12,859 nucleotides of DNA from Fidelibacterota bacterium (lineage in GTDB: Bacteria > Fidelibacterota > Fidelibacteria > Fidelibacterales > Fidelibacteraceae): contig JAYEOX010000107.1 in the NCBI GenBank assembly GCA_034723415.1, forward strand, positions 1-12,859. Direction: 5' to 3'. The position numbers and the translations under genes are program-made. The notes under the pieces were generated by a model that was given only the letters and a program-made list of their open reading frames with translations, did no database searches and was not told the DNA's origin. Position 1 is the first letter of the stretch, and each line of letters begins with the position of its first letter. This document shows, piece after piece, positions 6,884 to 12,859 of the stretch.

Positions 6884-7669
6884 ATGTTAAAGAAAATTTA
6901 TGACTTTATTTTTGATAATCATTTTACAATTATTACAATTGTTTTTGTAATAATTTCATTTTTTATTTTATTACAAAATAATCATTCCGCGGTTAATAAT
7001 ATAAGATTAGTTTTTGGTGACGCAATTATCACAATAAAGCGACCAATGATTAATTATAAAAATTTGGTTTCTACTTCTAAAGAAAATCAAATATTAAGAG
7101 AAAAATTAGTCAAGTTAAATATAGAAACTGCAAATTATAAGAATTTGGATAAAGAAAATAATAGATTACGAAAGATCCTAAATTTTAAAAAACGATCAAA
7201 TTATGAATTAATGCCTGCTACAATATTATCAAAAGGACTTAGCAAAAATGTTAATACAATATTAATAGATAAAGGGAAAATAAATAATATTCAGAAAAAT
7301 GATGTTATTGTTGTTCCGGATGGTCTTGTTGGGAAAGTAATTGCTGTAAATAATAAAACGAGTTTAGTTCAATTAGTTACGGATATGAATTTTTATATAA
7401 GCGCAAAAATACTCCCATCAGATGCAAAGGGTATTCTTCATTGGTATGGCGGAAAAGAATTTATTATTAACGATATTCCCAATTCAATTTTGATAAAAAA
7501 GGGAGATTTGGTAGTAACTTCAGGATTCTCGGAGATATATCCACCTATGATTACTATTGGTGTAATAAAAGAAGTAAAAAATTCTCCTAATGGTTTTACT
7601 TATATATTGAAAGGTAAACTTAGTGTTGATTTTTATAAAATTAGCGAAATATTAATATTAAAAAAATAA
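6884..7669 (+). CDS. mreC: Rod shape-determining protein MreC
   Basis: N-terminal TM helix, coiled coil (ENQILRE...ENNRLRKIL), ILIDKG, GLVGKV, GDLVVTSG...IYPPMITIG; directly follows mreB (TAA-ATG abutting). Confidence 0.96.
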   Translation: MLKKIYDFIFDNHFTIITIVFVIISFFILLQNNHSAVNNIRLVFGDAIITIKRPMINYKNLVSTSKENQILREKLVKLNIETANYKNLDKENNRLRKILNFKKRSNYELMPATILSKGLSKNVNTILIDKGKINNIQKNDVIVVPDGLVGKVIAVNNKTSLVQLVTDMNFYISAKILPSDAKGILHWYGGKEFIINDIPNSILIKKGDLVVTSGFSEIYPPMITIGVIKEVKNSPNGFTYILKGKLSVDFYKISEILILKK

Positions 7670-8154
7670 TGAAGAAGAAAATTTTAACATTAGTGATTTT
7701 TATTGGAGTATTCCTAATACAAATATTTTTTAATGAATATATTGAAATATTAGGAGTAAAACCTGATTTAATATTAATTACACTATTGATCTCTGCTTTG
7801 TATGTAAGCCCTGTATTTTTAATATTTTTAGGATTTGTATTTGGTTTAATGCAGGATTGGTTAATGTTAACTCCATTAATTGGATTATCTCCTTTGTTAA
7901 AGACCATTTTGGTTTTTATAGTTGTCAAAATTTTACAAAAATTTAAGTCGCTCCAGAATATTTTATTGTTCACTATAGAACTTTTATTAATATTTTTTTA
8001 TTTTATAATTTTCAACTTCATTTCGTTATTAGGTGTCGGACTTTCTTTTAATGAGGTTTTTGTGAATTATTGCCTCCCCGAGTTTATATATTCCGGTATA
8101 TTATTTATTGGTTTTTATTATTTAGCTTTTTATTATAAAAAAAATAGAGAATAA
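7669..8154 (+). CDS. mreD: Rod shape-determining protein MreD
   Basis: 161-aa highly hydrophobic protein with GVKPDLILI and GFVFGLMQD motifs; TAATG overlap with mreC; syntenic position. Confidence 0.92.
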   Translation: MKKKILTLVIFIGVFLIQIFFNEYIEILGVKPDLILITLLISALYVSPVFLIFLGFVFGLMQDWLMLTPLIGLSPLLKTILVFIVVKILQKFKSLQNILLFTIELLLIFFYFIIFNFISLLGVGLSFNEVFVNYCLPEFIYSGILFIGFYYLAFYYKKNRE

Positions 8155-8162
8155 TAATTATT

Positions 8163-9935
8163 ATGCGTTCTCAGAATGATCTAAATTCTAACAGATTTAT
8201 TATAATTGTAATAACAATGATTATTTTATTTTTAATATTGCTTATAAGAATATATGACTTGCAGGTAGTAAAATATTATGATCTGTATTCTCAATCTATT
8301 GAGAATATTTATAGAAAAGTTGACATTTTAGCTCCTCGTGGGAAGATGTTAGATAGATATAATAGAGTAATTTTATACAATAATTCTAGTTATAATTTAG
8401 TAGTTTATCCTGCTGAAATTAGTGAATACCCCAGAACATGGGATAAATTATCACAATATTTCCAAAAACCTGTATCTGAATTAAAAAGTATAATGAACAA
8501 AAATATGATAGGTTATTATTTTCCTACAGTATTAAAGGAAAATATTGATTATCAAACACTGACTTATTTGTATGAACATATATTAGAGTTACAAGGAATA
8601 GATCTGGTTGCAAAGCCGGTAAGGAAAATTAAGAAAGGAGCAAATGCTGCTCATGTAATCGGTTATACAAATCAAATTGGAAAAAAGGACTTAAAAGCAA
8701 AAGAAAGTAAAAAATATAAGGCCGGAGATATAGTTGGTTGGAAAGGGCTTGAAAAGGAATATGAAGATATTTTGCGAGGTCAAGATGGTGTTAAATATAT
8801 GAAAATAAATGCTGTTGGCCAGAATATTGGTGAAGAATATTCAAAAAGAATTGAACCAATACCCGGAAACGATTTGATTTTAACTTTAGATTGGGATTTA
8901 CAAAGTTATGTGGAATCATTAATAAAAGACACATCGGGAGCTGCTATAGTGATTAACTATCTTAATGGTGAAATATTAGCCATGGCATCAATGCCCGACT
9001 TTAATCCCGAAATATTTTCAAGTAATTTATCTGATAAGGACTGGAGAGATATAGTATATAATCCTAAATATCCATTATATAATAGAGCAATCCAAGCAGA
9101 ATATCCACCGGGTTCGGTCTATAAATTAGTAGCTGTGATCACTTCTCAAGAAGAAGATGTAATATCTCCATACTTTACATTCAATTGCCCGGGTTATTAT
9201 AGATTTGGAAGAAGAATATTTCATTGTTGGGATCGCAGTGGGCATGGTTCAGAAAATATGTATGATGCAATTGAACATTCTTGCAATGTGTATTTTTATA
9301 ATTTAATATTGAAATTAGATTTTGATAGTTGGATAAAATATAGCAAAATTTTGGGATTTGGTCAGCCAACTGGCATTGATTTACCGGATGAAAAAAGTGG
9401 CAATGTACCCGATAGAGAATATATGAAAAAAACTTATGGTAGATGGGGAAAAGGGTATTTATTAAACTTTGTTATTGGCCAAGGTGATATATTAGTTACA
9501 CCAATTCAGCTGGCTCAATATGTTTCGACAATTGCTTCAAATGGATTTGATATTCAGCCTCATTTAGTAAAAGCTATTTACTACCATGAAAAGAATAAGT
9601 TAGAAACAAAAAAATATCCAAAAGAAAAAATAGAAGAATTATCTGAACATTCAATGAATATTGTTAGAGAAGGAATGAGAAGAGTAATGCAGGGAGATGA
9701 AGGTACTGCTCGATATTCAAATATCGAAAATTTGGATCTTCATGGAAAAACGGGAACGGCTCAAAATCCACATGGTAAGGATCACGCTTGGTTTATTAGT
9801 TTTTCCGGAAAGCCATCCTTTCCCTATGCAGTTGTTGTTTTTGTAGAAAATGGAGAAGGTGGAAGTAAAACAGCCGCTCCAATAGCAAAAAAAATATATA
9901 AATATTATTGGGATTTACATAATAATGAAAAATAA
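8163..9935 (+). CDS. mrdA: Penicillin-binding protein 2 (class B transpeptidase)
   Basis: N-terminal TM, APRGKMLDR, AHVIGY, GWKGLEKEYEDILRG; catalytic motifs SxxK (PPGSVYK), SxN (SCNVYFY) and KTG (GKTGTAQ); DHAWF. Confidence 0.97.
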   Translation: MRSQNDLNSNRFIIIVITMIILFLILLIRIYDLQVVKYYDLYSQSIENIYRKVDILAPRGKMLDRYNRVILYNNSSYNLVVYPAEISEYPRTWDKLSQYFQKPVSELKSIMNKNMIGYYFPTVLKENIDYQTLTYLYEHILELQGIDLVAKPVRKIKKGANAAHVIGYTNQIGKKDLKAKESKKYKAGDIVGWKGLEKEYEDILRGQDGVKYMKINAVGQNIGEEYSKRIEPIPGNDLILTLDWDLQSYVESLIKDTSGAAIVINYLNGEILAMASMPDFNPEIFSSNLSDKDWRDIVYNPKYPLYNRAIQAEYPPGSVYKLVAVITSQEEDVISPYFTFNCPGYYRFGRRIFHCWDRSGHGSENMYDAIEHSCNVYFYNLILKLDFDSWIKYSKILGFGQPTGIDLPDEKSGNVPDREYMKKTYGRWGKGYLLNFVIGQGDILVTPIQLAQYVSTIASNGFDIQPHLVKAIYYHEKNKLETKKYPKEKIEELSEHSMNIVREGMRRVMQGDEGTARYSNIENLDLHGKTGTAQNPHGKDHAWFISFSGKPSFPYAVVVFVENGEGGSKTAAPIAKKIYKYYWDLHNNEK

Positions 9936-11151
9936 ACATTCATCTATAATAAACAAATTTACTGAAATCGATATCTATAGTATAATAATAATTTTCTCAT
10001 TAATAACCGTTGGTTTATTATCAATATATAGCGCTACGATTTATAAAACTTCTTCTGATTCCAATGCTTTTATTAAACAAATGATCTGGGTTGGTATTGG
10101 AATAATTGCTTTTATTATTGTTTATTCTATTAATAAGAAATTGTTATTAGAGTATGCTGTTTTTATATATTTTGCAGGAATTATTTTAATTATTTTACCA
10201 TTTTTTACATCTGGAAATGCCGACAGTACAAACAGATGGATAAAACTTGGGGTTATCCAATTCCAAACCTCTGAATATATGAAATTTTTTCTTATTATAA
10301 TATTAGCAAAATATTTTACAGAAACAAATATTTCAAAACATTCTTTTTTTTATGTATTGCCTCCGTTAATAATATCCTTAATTCCCATGGGGATTGTTTT
10401 GGCACAACCTGATTTGGGAACTTCACTTATTTTATTGATGATATTTGGTGGAATGCTTTTTGCAAGTGGTGTTAGGTTATATTATATCTTTTTATTAATA
10501 GCTCCAATTATTACAATTTTTGCTGCTTTTAATCAAACTGTATTTTATATCTGGGGAGTTATTTTAGCAGTAGTGATATTTTTTAATCATTCCAATTTGC
10601 TGACATTTGCCGGAGTGTTTGTTGGAAATATTCTTGTTGGAATAATCACACCATTCGTTTGGGATAGAATTTTACCATATCAGCAACAGAGAATATTAAC
10701 TCTATTTAATGCAAATTTAGATCCACGCGGAGCAGGATATCAAGTAATTCAGTCAAAAATTGCAATTGGATCCGGCGGATTTTGGGGAAAAGGTTACCTT
10801 AGCGGTACGCAAACACATTTAAAATTTTTGCCGGAACAACATACTGATTTTATCTTTTCAGTGATCTCAGAAGAATTTGGATTTATTGTCGTTTTTATAA
10901 TTTTAGCTTTATTTTTTACATTGTTTTTTAGATGGTATAGAATGGCTTTTAAAAATTCTGATAAATTTAGTGCGATGTTAATTATTGGTGGTGCCACTAC
11001 ATTATTATTTCATGTATTTATTAATATAGGAATGACAATCGGACTGCTGCCGGTAACAGGGAAACCATTGCCATTTATTAGCTATGGTGGAAGCTTTTTA
11101 ATCACTTGTTTTGGTCTTGCCGGCTTGATCTTAAATGGGAATTCTGATTAA
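9925..11151 (+). CDS. rodA: Rod shape-determining protein RodA (SEDS peptidoglycan glycosyltransferase)
   Basis: RWIKLG..FQTSEYMK, QPDLGT, GYQVIQSKIAIGSGG, LPEQHTDFIFSVISEEFG, PVTGKPLPFISYGGS; overlaps the mrdA 3' end by 11 nt. Confidence 0.97.
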   Translation: MKNKHSSIINKFTEIDIYSIIIIFSLITVGLLSIYSATIYKTSSDSNAFIKQMIWVGIGIIAFIIVYSINKKLLLEYAVFIYFAGIILIILPFFTSGNADSTNRWIKLGVIQFQTSEYMKFFLIIILAKYFTETNISKHSFFYVLPPLIISLIPMGIVLAQPDLGTSLILLMIFGGMLFASGVRLYYIFLLIAPIITIFAAFNQTVFYIWGVILAVVIFFNHSNLLTFAGVFVGNILVGIITPFVWDRILPYQQQRILTLFNANLDPRGAGYQVIQSKIAIGSGGFWGKGYLSGTQTHLKFLPEQHTDFIFSVISEEFGFIVVFIILALFFTLFFRWYRMAFKNSDKFSAMLIIGGATTLLFHVFINIGMTIGLLPVTGKPLPFISYGGSFLITCFGLAGLILNGNSD

Positions 11152-11251
11152 AAAGCAACTTTCTTTGAGTTAAAATTTTCTATAATAATTTATTTTTGTT
11201 ATTATAAAAAAAATCTATAATTAGTAATAGTTTTTTATTAAATTACAAACT

Positions 11252-11701
11252 ATGGGAAAAATTGTATTAAAAAATAAGAAAGCATTTCACGACTATCATA
11301 TAATTGATACACTTGAAGCCGGCATTTTATTAATTGGTAAGGAAGTGAAATCAATTCGAGAAGGCAGAATGAATATTAAAGAATCGTTTTGCAGATTTAT
11401 TAAGGGGGAATTATTTTTAGTACAATCTCATATTAGCCAATATTCTCACGCGGGTTATGAAACTCACGAACCTTTAAGATTAAGAAAACTTTTACTTCAT
11501 AAAAAGGAAATTAAGAAATGGAAGAAAAAAGTTGATACACAGGGTTTAACGATCGTTCCTTTAAAAGTTTACTGGCAAGATAATCATATAAAAATAGAAA
11601 TCGCTTTAGTTAAAGGGAAAAAGTTACACGATAAGAGACAAGATATAGCTAAACGTGATGCAAAAAGATCAATGGAAAGACAATTGAATAATAAATATTA
11701 A
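11252..11701 (+). CDS. smpB: SsrA-binding protein SmpB
   Basis: NKKAFHDY, EAGILLIGKEVKSIR, RKLLLHKKEI, GLTIVPL, KGKKLHDKR; 149 aa. Confidence 0.98.
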   Translation: MGKIVLKNKKAFHDYHIIDTLEAGILLIGKEVKSIREGRMNIKESFCRFIKGELFLVQSHISQYSHAGYETHEPLRLRKLLLHKKEIKKWKKKVDTQGLTIVPLKVYWQDNHIKIEIALVKGKKLHDKRQDIAKRDAKRSMERQLNNKY

Positions 11702-11713
11702 GGAATGATAAGA

Positions 11714-12859
11714 ATGATAAAGAATTTTCCAAAATTAAACGAGCAGATGGATTTAATTCGTAAAGGTGTAGAAGAGATAATTCCTGAAGAAGAATTAGAA
11801 AAAAAAATAGTTAAAAGTATTAGAAATAAAAAACCATTAAGAATTAAATTAGGCGCAGATCCAAGTCGTCCGGATTTACATATTGGACATGGAGTTGTTC
11901 TAAAAAAGTTGCGCATATTTCAAGATTTAGGGCATAAAGCTGTGTTGATCGTGGGAGATTTCACAGCTATGATCGGTGATCCGAGTGGAAGAAATAAAAC
12001 TAGACCGGCTTTGACCTTTAAAGAGACACAAGAAAATGCTAAATCCTATTTTGAGCAAGCCGGAATAATTTTGGATACTCAAGATCTGGAAATAAGGAAC
12101 AATTCTGAATGGTTGAATAAATTGTCTTTTGAAGAAGTGATTAAATTATTATCGAATTCTACAATTGCCAGATTGCTTGAAAGAGATGATTTTTCTAACA
12201 GATATAAAAAAGGTGTCCCGATTTCTGTTCATGAATTATTATATCCATTTGCACAAGCTTATGATAGTATTGCCGTTAAATCCGATATTGAATTGGGTGG
12301 TACGGATCAAAAATTTAATTTATTGTTGGCAAGAGATATTCAAAGAGAATATGATCAAGTTCCGCAGGTAATTATTACACTTCCAATTTTAGAAGGATTA
12401 GATGGTGTAAATAAGATGTCTAAATCTTTGGATAATTATATTGGATTAACAGAAAAATCAAATGATATGTATGGAAAAATATTATCAATTCCTGATGAGA
12501 TGATCATTCGTTATTTTACTTTGGTAAGTGATTTGAGTGTTGACGAAATTGAAAAAATAAAGCAGGAATTAGAAAAAGGTAAAAATCCACGTGATGTAAA
12601 ACATGATCTAGCTTTTGAAATTACTAAAAGTTATTATTCAAAAGATGACGCAAAAAAAGCTGCGGAATCATTTCATAAATTAGTTATAAAAAAAGATATT
12701 CCCGATGATATACCGGAATACAAATGTTCAAGTGAAAAAGTGTTATTGCCGGAAATTTTGAAAGATGCCAATATAGTATCGTCAAAAGGGGAGGCAAAAC
12801 GCCTGATCAAACAAGGTGGAATATCAATAAATAAAAAGAAAGTTACCGAATTTTTAAAT
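11714..12859 (+). CDS. tyrS: Tyrosine--tRNA ligase, 3'-incomplete (alternative in-frame ATG at 11705)
   Basis: Absent from the ORF track because it runs off the window. Manual translation gives KLGADPSRPDLHIGH (HIGH), GDFTAMIGDPSGR, YPFAQAYDS, ELGGTDQKFNLL, LEGLDGVNKMSKS (KMSKS) and the start of an S4-like domain (SKGEAKRLIKQGGI). TAAGGA (11699-11704) is at SD distance from ATG 11714. Confidence 0.98.
   Translation, partial: MIKNFPKLNEQMDLIRKGVEEIIPEEELEKKIVKSIRNKKPLRIKLGADPSRPDLHIGHGVVLKKLRIFQDLGHKAVLIVGDFTAMIGDPSGRNKTRPALTFKETQENAKSYFEQAGIILDTQDLEIRNNSEWLNKLSFEEVIKLLSNSTIARLLERDDFSNRYKKGVPISVHELLYPFAQAYDSIAVKSDIELGGTDQKFNLLLARDIQREYDQVPQVIITLPILEGLDGVNKMSKSLDNYIGLTEKSNDMYGKILSIPDEMIIRYFTLVSDLSVDEIEKIKQELEKGKNPRDVKHDLAFEITKSYYSKDDAKKAAESFHKLVIKKDIPDDIPEYKCSSEKVLLPEILKDANIVSSKGEAKRLIKQGGISINKKKVTEFLN

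Noticed and set aside
11152..11251. tmRNA, riboswitch or defined promoter between rodA and smpB
   Set aside because: Only 100 nt and almost entirely A/T. Two TATAAT hexamers are present, but neither has a properly spaced -35, and there is no tRNA-like end.
899..12371. Short ORFs in the track (899-1132, 1789-2031, 2799-2993, 2990-3217, 5302-5484, 5803-6006, 7641-7973, 9181-9369, 10794-10997, 11698-11916, 12165-12371)
   Set aside because: All overlap well-supported genes or the pseudogene in antisense or alternative frames and show no recognisable motifs; they are most likely shadow ORFs.

Overview
AT-rich bacterial chromosomal segment with all genes on the + strand. Gene style and content suggest a Gram-negative FCB-superphylum-like lineage such as Marinimicrobia or Cloacimonetes; this is inference only. 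The left ~2.8 kb is accessory. It holds the 3' part of a large surface-type protein, open from before base 1, with near-identical 273-bp tandem fibronectin type III repeats followed by a 7-blade LVIVD-type beta-propeller. Next come an unannotated, multiply disrupted four-helix-bundle (TIGR02436-like) pseudogene and a 3'-truncated RhuM-family gene. The rest is housekeeping: polA, tRNA-Thr(CGT), the elongasome operon mreB-mreC-mreD-mrdA-rodA, smpB and a 3'-incomplete tyrS. I could not support a complete novel system. The observations most worth checking are (i) a probable non-canonical ATC start codon for polA, (ii) a mosaic FN3 array with one hypervariable 63-nt block inside ~98%-identical repeats, and (iii) the decayed four-helix/RhuM cassette cut off at the polA upstream region.
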